From an uncultured Candidatus Sumerlaeota bacterium (GTDB taxonomy: Bacteria; CAYMEV01): DNA of 64,000 nucleotides. The notes below the pieces were generated by a model. The model worked only from the letters and a program-made list of their open reading frames with translations. It did not search any database and was not told the origin of the DNA. The stretch's first letter is position 1. The number at the start of each line of letters is the position of its first letter. The stretch covers positions 156,539 through 220,538 of the forward strand of contig CAYMEV010000001.1 of NCBI GenBank assembly GCA_964389675.1, read 5' to 3'. Positions 17,415 through 26,806 of this stretch are shown here, one piece after another. The position numbers and the translations under genes are program-made.

Positions 17415-18225
17415 TCTTCTTTAAATAAGCCCAGAAATAGAATGTTGCGACGAAAAAGGCACCGCCTATAATATTGCCTATAGTTACCGGTATAAAATTC
17501 TTGATTATCATATTCTGTATGGTGAGTGTGCTTACATCTATGTTGCCTGCGAGTTCTGTTCCCTTAAGGAATAAACCCATCGGAATAAAATAAAAGTTCG
17601 CGACAATGTGCTCAAATCCTGAGGCAACAAAGGCCATGATCGGGAAATATATTGCAAATACTTTTCCCACGACGTCGTTTGAGGCTATAGCCATCCATAC
17701 AGCAAGGCAGACAAGCCAGTTACAGCCAATAGCACGGACCAGTGCCGGCCAGAAATCGAGGTTGACTTTGCCAACTGCTATATTAACTGCAAATTCACCC
17801 CAGCCTCCACTTGCCCAAATCTTTGACACATACATCAAATAAGCAATGAAGAAAGCACCAATGAAATTTGCCAGGTAGACTATTCCCCATTTTGACAGGA
17901 CCTTTCCAAGAGTAGCTCTTTTCTCATAGGCTGCAAGAACCATAAGGTTATTTCCAGTAAAGAGTTCAGCACCTGCAATGACAACAAGCATGAGTCCTAC
18001 GCTAAACACAGATCCCATCAGGAATTTCTGAAAACCAAGACCTAATGCTTCTTTAACACCAAGGCCTGCCATTGTAGCAAGCTCACCGCCAAAACCGATA
18101 TATGCGCCTGCTAAAAATCCCAGAAGCGCAATCCGCCACCAGTCACCAATGGCTTTCTTGACACAGATTTCTTTTGAGAACGTCTCCGCCACAACGGCCG
18201 GAGATTTGAAGTTTGACATAACCAT
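17389..18225 (-). CDS. focA: Formate/nitrite transporter (FNT family, FocA-like)
   Basis: 278 aa, 6 TMs. FNT signature stretches GAELFTGNNL and FVASGFEHIVANFYFIPMG. Confidence 0.8.
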   Translation of the reverse strand: MVMSNFKSPAVVAETFSKEICVKKAIGDWWRIALLGFLAGAYIGFGGELATMAGLGVKEALGLGFQKFLMGSVFSVGLMLVVIAGAELFTGNNLMVLAAYEKRATLGKVLSKWGIVYLANFIGAFFIAYLMYVSKIWASGGWGEFAVNIAVGKVNLDFWPALVRAIGCNWLVCLAVWMAIASNDVVGKVFAIYFPIMAFVASGFEHIVANFYFIPMGLFLKGTELAGNIDVSTLTIQNMIIKNFIPVTIGNIIGGAFFVATFYFWAYLKKSGQQEECK

Positions 18226-18231
18226 TCCTCC

Positions 18232-20925
18232 TTATTGTTTTATTATTTTACACGCTGCTACTTTGAATTCAGGTATTTTTGCAACAGGGTCCAGAGCATC
18301 ATTGGTAAGCATATTTGCCGGTGCTTCACAGAAATGGAATGGAATAAAGACCAGTCCTTTGGATACCTTTTCAGATATCACGACCCTGGTCCTGATCTGA
18401 CCCCTCCTTGATTTAACAACTGCCATCTCTCCATCTTCAATGCCAAGCTGTCTGGCGTCCTCTGAGTTTACCTCGACATAACCCTCGTCTGCAAAGAAAT
18501 TCAGCACATCGCTCTTCCTGCTCATGGTCCCTGTATGGTATTGGACCAGAATCCTGCCTGTGGAGAGTATCAGCGGATACTCATCATCAGGTACCTCAGC
18601 CGGCGGCTTGAACTCTATAGCAGAAAACAGTCCTTTTCCGCGGGTAAAACTGCCGTTCTTATGCAGGAATTGCGTCCCGGGATGATCTGCATCCTTGCAG
18701 GGCCACTGGAGGCCCTGATCCACACGTTCAGGCGTAATCCCTGCATAGTGAGGCGCAAGTGAATTGATCTCCCTCAGGATATCCCAGACATTTTCATACT
18801 TCATTTTATAACCCATTTTGTCTGATACATCCCTGATTATCATCCAGTCTTCCCTGAGGTTCTTATCTGGTTTAAGCACAGGCCTTATTACCTGAACCCG
18901 CCTCTCTGTACTTGTAAAAGTACCGTATTTTTCAAGGGAAGCCTTTGCAGGCAATACTACATCAGCTAAAGAGGCCGTTTCTGTGAGAAAGATATCCTGG
19001 ACTACGAGAAATTCAAGATTTTTTAGGGATTCTTCGACATGATTCAGATTGGGATCGGATATCATAGGATTTTCTCCCATTATGTAAAGGCCTTTCAGCT
19101 CCCCCTCGCCTGCTTTATTCATCATCTCCACAACTGTCAGGCCGACCTTGTTATCAAGACTGACTCCCCATGCATCTTCGAATTTTTTCTGATTGTTAGG
19201 GTCAGTTACAGCCTGATAGCTGGGATATACATTGGGCAGGGCACCCATATCACATGCTCCCTGGACATTATTCTGTCCCCGGAGCGGGTTGACCCCTGAA
19301 GCGTGCTTACCGATCTGGCCGGCTATCATGGCAAGGTTTGCAAGCGAAAGGACATTGTCCGTCCCTGTAGTATGCTGAGTAATACCCATGGAAAATACAA
19401 TGGAGGCAGCCTTTGCCTTTGCATATGCCCTTGCAGCATAGACTATCTTTTCTTCCGGTACATTTGTTATTTCTGAAACTCTTTCCGGTGTGTATTTTTC
19501 TATGACCTTTATAAGCTCGTCAAAGTTCTCGGTAAATTTTTCGACGAATTCCCTGTTATAAAGGCCTTCCTTAAAAATAACATGCATAATGCCATTTATG
19601 AGAGCAACATCTGTGCCATTCTTCTGCTGAAGATGAACTTTGGCATAACGCGTAATATCAATCTTCCTTGGATCAGCAACTATCAGTACTGCACCCTTTT
19701 TTACCGCATTTTTGATATATGTGGAGATTACAGGATGAGTTTCGGTTGTATTTGAGCCTATTATGAATATGCAGTCTGAGTCTGCCATTCCGGCATTTGT
19801 GTTGGTCATAGCCCCTGAGCCAAAGGCCTTTGCAAGCCCGGCAACAGTGGATGCATGACATAGCCTTGCACAATGGTCTACATTGTTTGTTCCGAATACA
19901 GCCCTTATAAATTTCTGGAATATATAATTCTCTTCATTTGTACACCTTGCTGAAGACAGGCCTGCTATCCTTGCCGGCCCATATTTCTGCTTCATTTCCC
20001 TGAACTTATTGGCAACCAGGGTTAAAGCCTCATCCCAGGAAGCTTGCCTGAATTTGCCGTTTTCCTTGATAAGGGGCGTTTTAAGCCGGCCTTCATTATG
20101 GATATAATCATGCCCGAACCTTCCCTTTACGCATAGCCTGCCATCATTGGCCGGTGCATCGACTCCCTCGACCCTGACTATTTCATTATCTTTAGTAAAG
20201 ATATTCATCTGGCATCCGACTCCGCAGTATTCGCAGGTAGTCAAAACACTGGACAACTCCCAGTTTCTTCCCTTTCCGATAGCCTGCTTCGGAAGCAATG
20301 CCCCGACAGGGCATGCCTGGACACATTCACCGCAGGCATCACACTCGGAATCAGCCCAATTCCCGTTTGCACCTGCCCATACAACCTCTTTATTACCGCG
20401 ATAAGCCATGTCAATTACTGTTTTAACCTGGATTTCATCGCATGCTTTAATGCACCTGTAACAGAGAATACATTTTTGAGGGTCGTATATAAAGCCGGGA
20501 GAAGAGTCTTCTACTGCCATGCCTGTATCATAGATGTTTGGATATGCTTCAGAGTTAATATCGATCTGGTACCTGTAAGCAAGCTTTTCCAGTTCACAGT
20601 TGCCGCTTTTATCACAGACCATGCAGTCGTGCTTATGATCTGCAAGAATAAGGTTTAATATATCTTTCCTGTATTGCTCGATCTCTTCGGTAAACAACTC
20701 TATCTCAAGGCCTTTTGTTACATAGGCTGTACATGATGTCTCAAATTTAGCAGTACCCTTCTTTTTGAAAATACAAAGGCGGCATGATCCGGTTGGGCTG
20801 ATTTTTTCATAATAACAGAGGCCCGGCACATCATAACCGACCCTGCGTAACTCAGCAAGAAGGTTCTCGCCTTCTTCTAACCAGACTTCCTTTCCGTCAA
20901 CTTTTACATTTACAAGATTTGACAT
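18232..20925 (-). CDS. fdhA: NAD-dependent formate dehydrogenase catalytic (alpha) subunit, molybdopterin, Cys-type, with NuoG-like N-terminal Fe-S domains
   Basis: 897 aa. N-terminal 2Fe-2S (CYYEKISPTGSCRLC) and 4Fe-4S motifs, then a molybdopterin oxidoreductase core. The active-site region VDHCARLCHAST carries Cys rather than an in-frame TGA. Confidence 0.85.
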   Translation of the reverse strand: MSNLVNVKVDGKEVWLEEGENLLAELRRVGYDVPGLCYYEKISPTGSCRLCIFKKKGTAKFETSCTAYVTKGLEIELFTEEIEQYRKDILNLILADHKHDCMVCDKSGNCELEKLAYRYQIDINSEAYPNIYDTGMAVEDSSPGFIYDPQKCILCYRCIKACDEIQVKTVIDMAYRGNKEVVWAGANGNWADSECDACGECVQACPVGALLPKQAIGKGRNWELSSVLTTCEYCGVGCQMNIFTKDNEIVRVEGVDAPANDGRLCVKGRFGHDYIHNEGRLKTPLIKENGKFRQASWDEALTLVANKFREMKQKYGPARIAGLSSARCTNEENYIFQKFIRAVFGTNNVDHCARLCHASTVAGLAKAFGSGAMTNTNAGMADSDCIFIIGSNTTETHPVISTYIKNAVKKGAVLIVADPRKIDITRYAKVHLQQKNGTDVALINGIMHVIFKEGLYNREFVEKFTENFDELIKVIEKYTPERVSEITNVPEEKIVYAARAYAKAKAASIVFSMGITQHTTGTDNVLSLANLAMIAGQIGKHASGVNPLRGQNNVQGACDMGALPNVYPSYQAVTDPNNQKKFEDAWGVSLDNKVGLTVVEMMNKAGEGELKGLYIMGENPMISDPNLNHVEESLKNLEFLVVQDIFLTETASLADVVLPAKASLEKYGTFTSTERRVQVIRPVLKPDKNLREDWMIIRDVSDKMGYKMKYENVWDILREINSLAPHYAGITPERVDQGLQWPCKDADHPGTQFLHKNGSFTRGKGLFSAIEFKPPAEVPDDEYPLILSTGRILVQYHTGTMSRKSDVLNFFADEGYVEVNSEDARQLGIEDGEMAVVKSRRGQIRTRVVISEKVSKGLVFIPFHFCEAPANMLTNDALDPVAKIPEFKVAACKIIKQ

Positions 20926-20935
20926 TTTATTTCTC

Positions 20936-22669
20936 CTAAATATTTAGTTCTTCTGGAAATTTATCCAGCAGTGATGAAATAGGCAAAATGGCAGACTGAC
21001 CCAGTGCGCAGAGTGAGGTTTCTTTCATTGTTCGGGCTGCCTGAAGAATAATATCCCATTCATTTCCTTTAAGGTTTTTCTTTTTTTCTATATTATTCAA
21101 AAGTTTCAGGATAGTAGCATTGCCGGCCCTGCAGGGGATACATTTCCCGCAGGACTCATGGAGGAAGAACTCAACCTGATTTTTAAGGACATCAAACAGG
21201 GAATCATCCTCATCCATTACCATAATTGCCCCTGAACCCAGAACCGCACCATTTGCAAGAAGATTTTCATAATCCATTTTTACATCCAGCATCTTTTCAT
21301 TTACAAAAGCTCCCGCTGCTCCTCCCAGGAGGGCTGCCTTAAACCTTTTGCCATCCTTTATGCCTCCTCCGAAATCATATATGAGGGTCTTTAATGTTGT
21401 TCCCATAGGTACTTCAACAATGCCAGGGTTTTTAACCTTTCCGCTTAGGACAAAGATCTTGGTTCCGGGTGATTTTTCCGTTCCAAAGCTCTTAAACCAG
21501 CCGGCTCCTTTTTTGATAATGGAAGGTATATTCGCCAGGGTTTCCACATTATTTACAATTGTCGGGACCTGCCATATACCCTTTTGCCCCGGGAATGGTG
21601 GTTTTACCCTTGAATTGCCGCGATGACCCTCGAGGGACTCTATCAAAGCCGTTTCTTCTCCAACTACATATGATCCTGCACCAATACTTACATCTATGCT
21701 GAAATTGAAACCGCTGTTCATAATGGATTTTCCAAGAAATCCTTTCGATTCTGCCTGTTCTATGGCTTTTTTAATCCTTTCTATAGATCTGTAATATTCA
21801 CCGCGAATATAGATATGCCCCTTAACTGCACCTATTGCATAACCTGCAATTGCCATCCCTTCAATAACCTTGTGAGGGTCGCCCTCCATCAGAGGCCTGT
21901 CCTTGAATGTGCCGGGTTCGCCTTCATCCGCATTGCAGAGCACGAACTTCTCTCCCTTCAGGGGGGCAGTGAAGCTCCATTTCAGCCCGGCAGGGAAACC
22001 TGCTCCTCCCCTGCCCCTTAGGCAGGAGTTCTTAACCTCTTCTATTACTGCTGAAGGGTCCATGCTAAGTGCCTTCCTTAACCCTTCATAGCCGCCACTT
22101 CGGATATAATCATCTATGCTTTCAGGATCTATCTCTCCAAAATTATCGAGAAGAATCCTGGTCTGCCTGTCAACTTGCAGCATAGTATCACTCTGGTCAG
22201 ACTCATTTACATATCGTTCATTTCGCCTCAGGTCTTCAAGGATCCTGTGAATTTTCTCTGCTGTAAGGTTTCCATAGATGCTTCTATTGATCATCATTGC
22301 AGGCGCCATTCCGCAAACACCCAGGCAGGCTGTCTTTTCCAGGGTGAAAAGCCTGTCCGGTGTTGTTTCTCCAGCTGATACCCCGAGAGATTTCTCAAGT
22401 ACATCAACCAGGTTATCACTGCCCATTATATGGCAGGAGACAGATTCACAAACCCTTATTAGATACTTTCCCCTGGGTTTCAGGGAAAACATGGTATAAA
22501 AGCTTATGACACCATAGATCTTTACAATGGGAATATTCAGAAATCTGTGTATTTCATAAATATCATCATCGCAAAGGTAATGTTCCGGATGATTGTCCTG
22601 AACATCATGCAGAATAGGTATAAGATTTTCCTCTGAAGGTGTATATTTTTTAAGGATTTCCTTTATCAT
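20936..22669 (-). CDS. NAD(H)-binding diaphorase subunit (NuoE-NuoF fusion; FDH beta subunit)
   Basis: 577 aa. N-terminal NuoE-like 2Fe-2S (CESVSCHIMG..CLGVCGMAP), NuoF FMN/NADH core (GRGGAGFPAGLKW), C-terminal 4Fe-4S ESCGKCIPCR. Confidence 0.8.
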   Translation of the reverse strand: MIKEILKKYTPSEENLIPILHDVQDNHPEHYLCDDDIYEIHRFLNIPIVKIYGVISFYTMFSLKPRGKYLIRVCESVSCHIMGSDNLVDVLEKSLGVSAGETTPDRLFTLEKTACLGVCGMAPAMMINRSIYGNLTAEKIHRILEDLRRNERYVNESDQSDTMLQVDRQTRILLDNFGEIDPESIDDYIRSGGYEGLRKALSMDPSAVIEEVKNSCLRGRGGAGFPAGLKWSFTAPLKGEKFVLCNADEGEPGTFKDRPLMEGDPHKVIEGMAIAGYAIGAVKGHIYIRGEYYRSIERIKKAIEQAESKGFLGKSIMNSGFNFSIDVSIGAGSYVVGEETALIESLEGHRGNSRVKPPFPGQKGIWQVPTIVNNVETLANIPSIIKKGAGWFKSFGTEKSPGTKIFVLSGKVKNPGIVEVPMGTTLKTLIYDFGGGIKDGKRFKAALLGGAAGAFVNEKMLDVKMDYENLLANGAVLGSGAIMVMDEDDSLFDVLKNQVEFFLHESCGKCIPCRAGNATILKLLNNIEKKKNLKGNEWDIILQAARTMKETSLCALGQSAILPISSLLDKFPEELNI

Positions 22670-22882
22670 ATTATCCTCCTGTTTTATTTCTTTTTATTCA
22701 ATCAAATATTTATCCTGTAATGCAATAATGTCAATATTAATATATCTGAGCCACTGGAATGATAATGATTGCTCGACAACAATGCCAGCCAAGGCCTTTT
22801 TATTGAGATCATATTTCTTTTTAATCCTTTCTCCGTTCTTTCCCCTGAAATGAAAAAATTTATAAGCCTTTGCCAGAATATA

Positions 22883-23965
22883 TCAGTACCTCAGCAGAGC
22901 TGCAATAAACCCGTTTTTGCTCAGCTGGTCGATCCTGTCTGCAAATTCAATACGGGCAGAGGTTTTGCAGGCCCATTCAGTGATCTCATTAATCATATCA
23001 ACAGAAAATACATCCTCTGAACTGCATTTGGGGCACGGGCCTGTTTCATTCCGGCTTAAATGCCCGCAGGCTCTGCACCTGGTTCCCGATGGCCTGTAAT
23101 CCCTGTCAACCAGTACAGCATCAACCCTGCCTGTCATGATATTATCCAGAACATCCTTTAATCCCATTACAGCCAGGCTGCCGGACATATACCTAGAACT
23201 GATCTTCTGCCACATGTCAGCTTCTTCCTCGCGTTCCAGAGAGGTGAACAGCCTGTAGATCTCATCATCAGCATCATCCTGCTTGAGATCGATTATTTGA
23301 TCCTCGAAAAGCTTATCCCTGAACATTGCAGGCAATTCCTGCTTTAAGTGGATCAGGATCTCCCTTGCTCCTACCATCAGTATCCTTGAAAAATCATGCT
23401 CCCTGTCCAAAACCTGAAGATAATCAATAATATCCTGCACATAGTGGTGGAGTTCCTTGTCTCTTCTTCTTTCATACCTTTGCTGTGACCATCCTCCTAC
23501 CCTGACATGATTTTTAATATCACCCCTGATCACTTTCTTATCATGCTCCTTCAGCGCTGAAACCATAAATACCCTGGCTTTTTCATTATCAGCAACTATC
23601 ACTGCAAAATCCTCATACTCATCCTTGATCTCTGCCAGTGGCTTTATAAAAGGGGATGAATCTACGACCACTTTGTCAGGGACAGGGATCTCCAGTTTAT
23701 GACAGTTTACAAAATCCATCAGCCAGCATATAAAAAATACATAGCTGCCTGACATGCTGCTATCCTTTTTCATCTGTTCATATAAAAGCCTGACGTTTTC
23801 CTGATATATTTGCTTTTCATCGGGATGGGCAATAAGACTGCCGATATTATCTATTCTTTTCCCTATATTGCCGGGAGATTTGATATCTTCAATATAGACT
23901 GTGAGAAATGCCCTTTCCTTTGAAGAAACATCAGAAAGTTTTCTTAAATCAATTTCGCTGATCAT
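22883..23965 (-). CDS. eRF1/Dom34-like (baeRF-type) protein with C-terminal zinc ribbon; legacy 'host attachment protein'-type
   Basis: 360 aa. HVRVGGWSQQRYERRR parallels the eRF1 GGQ-loop block HGRGGQSALRFARLR. N-terminal FLTVYIED. C-terminal CRACGH..x11..CPKCSS zinc ribbon. Confidence 0.5.
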   Translation of the reverse strand: MISEIDLRKLSDVSSKERAFLTVYIEDIKSPGNIGKRIDNIGSLIAHPDEKQIYQENVRLLYEQMKKDSSMSGSYVFFICWLMDFVNCHKLEIPVPDKVVVDSSPFIKPLAEIKDEYEDFAVIVADNEKARVFMVSALKEHDKKVIRGDIKNHVRVGGWSQQRYERRRDKELHHYVQDIIDYLQVLDREHDFSRILMVGAREILIHLKQELPAMFRDKLFEDQIIDLKQDDADDEIYRLFTSLEREEEADMWQKISSRYMSGSLAVMGLKDVLDNIMTGRVDAVLVDRDYRPSGTRCRACGHLSRNETGPCPKCSSEDVFSVDMINEITEWACKTSARIEFADRIDQLSKNGFIAALLRY

Positions 23966-24106
23966 TACATATCCTTTACTTATTTATTTTTCGTGGCCTG
24001 CTTCATAAAATTTTCAGCCATTGAAAGCTTTTAACTCAACCGTTATGCTTTACTGCAGAACAGTTTATTGAATGTTCCCCTGGTTCTGTTTTCTTTATTT
24101 AAGGTT

Positions 24107-26653
24107 TCAGTCCACTGTAATTGATTTGCTTACATTTTTGGGGACATCAGGGTGCACTCCATGATTCTCTACCCTGCTTTTGTTGAGGTATTTCATCTTT
24201 GCTACGCTCATCTTAAAGGCAAGAAGCTGAAGTATCACAGCCGCCTGAAAGACAAATATGTTTTTATCCCCTGTTTTCGGTATTTCAATGTATTTATGCC
24301 AATAATCCCCGTCAGAGGACGGTTTCGTACTGACAGCTGAATTAAGGTCTTCATCGTACTCCGCTATGAGTAATATATCTGCTCCCCTTATCTTGTGCGT
24401 ATTTATCTGGGATATCGTTATTCTCCTGTCCCTGTCATCAGGAGGGCAGACAAATACCAGGGGGTAGTTTGAGAAGAACTTCTCAATATCTATCTTTTCT
24501 GTATAGAGATTGTATATCTTCCTGAACCTTTCCCTGCTTTTTCCCCTGCTAAGAAAAAGGGACGAGGCAAATTTTTCATCTATCTTCCGGAATTTAAAGT
24601 TTTTTGCCATATTCAGATAATTCCTGACTGAATCTTCCCTGGTTTTTTCTTCCCTGAAAAAACCGGAAATATAAAGCTGTTCAACCATCTCCAGCATGCC
24701 CCCCAGCAAAAGCTCCATATCCTGCATTGAGAATATGGTGTTTTTCCCGAGTATTGTATTGGGGCCGTGCTTAAACTCAGCTGAATCATAACCCTCTGTA
24801 TGATTCAGCACAACCTCGCGGATTTTTAATGCACCCTCCTTTGCCAGACCAGTAAGAGAGGTTCCAAGAATATGCATGGAAGATTTCATATAGAGCTTAT
24901 ATGCAGCATCTGATACAGGGATATCTGAATTGTTAAGCGTAAAATCAAAATAATATTTAATCCTGCGGAGATTATCAAGCACATTCTCTTCTTTCATATT
25001 TATCATTGCAGCCAGCACATAGAAAATAGCCAGCTGGCTGATAAATGATTTTGTGGCTGCCACAGCGATCTCGCTTCCGCACATTATAGGAAGGTAATAA
25101 TCGCTTTTTTCCTGAGGCAGGGTTGAGTTCTCATTATTTACAATGGTAACAAGGGTTACATCCTGATACGCTGAACTGACTTCACAGAAGATATCCACCA
25201 GGTCCTTGGTCTCTCCGCTCTGACTTACCCCTATAATTATGTCATTGCTTTTTATGGCATTCATATACCCGGCCCTGAAGAATCCAGGATTTGCTATAAC
25301 GACAGGTATGCTTGCCATATTATTGAAAAAATAGCCTGCAGTAAGTGCAGCATGGTAAGATGTCCCGCTCGCCACTATATAAATGCTCCCGCCTTTTGCA
25401 TTGCAGTCCCTGAGCTGACTTATAAGCCTGTCCCTGTATTTGATAATTGTCCTTTTCTTCTTCCAGATCAGCATTGTATCTATCATCCAGAGTTCCGGGA
25501 AATATTTGTCATCTATGCCAAGAAGCTCTTCTAATAGCGCTGTTTCCTCGGATTTAAAGCTGAAGTGCCTGGGGTCAGCCATGAATTTTTTGAGTTTTGA
25601 AAATATACTGCAGAAGGATTTATTCTCCCTTATAAGTTCAAATTCCCTTGCAAGCTCCTTCTTATCATATACATCAAATAAAGAAAGCAGGGAATAGAGC
25701 ATATGCCTCGCGTCATCCTTACAGCCCTCAAGTATTGCATGGACATCCCTTTCACAGGGATCATTAAAATAATAGAGCATTATATTATCAATGTTTCTGG
25801 GTGCTGTATATATCTCCTGCTCCATAAAAAAGTGGTACTTGGGCTGAAGCTGGATATCTGCTATGTTCAGCCTGCTCCTGGACAGCCTGCTTACCCATTC
25901 CCTGTCTTCCGACAGGGAGAACTGGCGGTAATCAGCATGATCAAAATATATGCCTTCACCCTCATTCATGGGTATGAGAAATCTTGTTTTTGATAATACG
26001 GAGGTCAGATCGCTTGATACGACAATGAAATTTCCTGCATTATCAGTACCCTTGCCTGCATAAAGCGAGGAGCCTGCTTTAATTGCAAAGACCCCCGGTA
26101 TGCCAGGGAGTGTCAGGCACGCGGCATAACTGCCTTCTATCATCTTCTGGGCCTTTTTGATCGCTTTTATGAATAGATTTATCCTGTCAGGAGCTTTCGC
26201 CTTTTTTTCCTTAAGCAGATTAAGATGATAAAAATGCTCGACAAGGTGGACAAGCATCTCCCCGTCATTGTCCGAAAGCACATTATGGCCGTTTTCTGTA
26301 AGAAAATCCTTCAGTTTCCAGGTATTGCTTATATTACCGTTATGAGCCCCCACCATGTGTTCATAGCATTTCACTTCATGAGGCTGGGCATTAAGATTGG
26401 TTACAGCTCCGTAGGTTGCCCACCTTACCTGACCGATGAACTTACATCCGGCAAGGCTTGTCATTTCAAGCTCTTCAATAACCCTGGAAGGAGCACCGAC
26501 CTTTTTCCTCAGCAGGACTTCTCCGTCCCTTTTTATAAATGCTCCGCCAGTTGAATCATAACCGCGATATTCAAGCTTTTTCAGAAGGGCAGAGCCCTTC
26601 TCCCCAAGCTCTTTATTATCCATTGAATATACTATTGAAACCACTCCGCACAT
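24107..26653 (-). CDS. Glutamine-fructose-6-phosphate aminotransferase-like protein (class II GATase plus 2 SIS domains) with large extra inserts
   Basis: Mature N-terminus should be MCGVVSIVY (catalytic Cys after Met), so the start is 26653 rather than 26668. RGYDSTGGAFI. SIS motifs IVASGTSYHAA and GVSQSGETKD. Total 848 aa vs about 610 for canonical GlmS. Confidence 0.65.
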   Translation of the reverse strand: MCGVVSIVYSMDNKELGEKGSALLKKLEYRGYDSTGGAFIKRDGEVLLRKKVGAPSRVIEELEMTSLAGCKFIGQVRWATYGAVTNLNAQPHEVKCYEHMVGAHNGNISNTWKLKDFLTENGHNVLSDNDGEMLVHLVEHFYHLNLLKEKKAKAPDRINLFIKAIKKAQKMIEGSYAACLTLPGIPGVFAIKAGSSLYAGKGTDNAGNFIVVSSDLTSVLSKTRFLIPMNEGEGIYFDHADYRQFSLSEDREWVSRLSRSRLNIADIQLQPKYHFFMEQEIYTAPRNIDNIMLYYFNDPCERDVHAILEGCKDDARHMLYSLLSLFDVYDKKELAREFELIRENKSFCSIFSKLKKFMADPRHFSFKSEETALLEELLGIDDKYFPELWMIDTMLIWKKKRTIIKYRDRLISQLRDCNAKGGSIYIVASGTSYHAALTAGYFFNNMASIPVVIANPGFFRAGYMNAIKSNDIIIGVSQSGETKDLVDIFCEVSSAYQDVTLVTIVNNENSTLPQEKSDYYLPIMCGSEIAVAATKSFISQLAIFYVLAAMINMKEENVLDNLRRIKYYFDFTLNNSDIPVSDAAYKLYMKSSMHILGTSLTGLAKEGALKIREVVLNHTEGYDSAEFKHGPNTILGKNTIFSMQDMELLLGGMLEMVEQLYISGFFREEKTREDSVRNYLNMAKNFKFRKIDEKFASSLFLSRGKSRERFRKIYNLYTEKIDIEKFFSNYPLVFVCPPDDRDRRITISQINTHKIRGADILLIAEYDEDLNSAVSTKPSSDGDYWHKYIEIPKTGDKNIFVFQAAVILQLLAFKMSVAKMKYLNKSRVENHGVHPDVPKNVSKSITVD

Positions 26654-26806
26654 CAGCCGGTTCTCCAAATTCTTTTTGCCGCATTACAGCTGTCTTTTTA
26701 CAGGCCTGTATTATTAGTTAATCGGATGAATATGCTAAACACTTTTGCTGGATTTTTAAAGAAAAAAACTGCACCCTGGTCTCTTCAAAACATTAAAATT
26801 TTTTGA

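Noticed and set aside
18232-20925. Selenocysteine-containing formate dehydrogenase
   Set aside because: The active-site position reads ..DHCARLCHAST.. with a Cys codon and no in-frame TGA. This is a Cys-type NAD-linked FDH.
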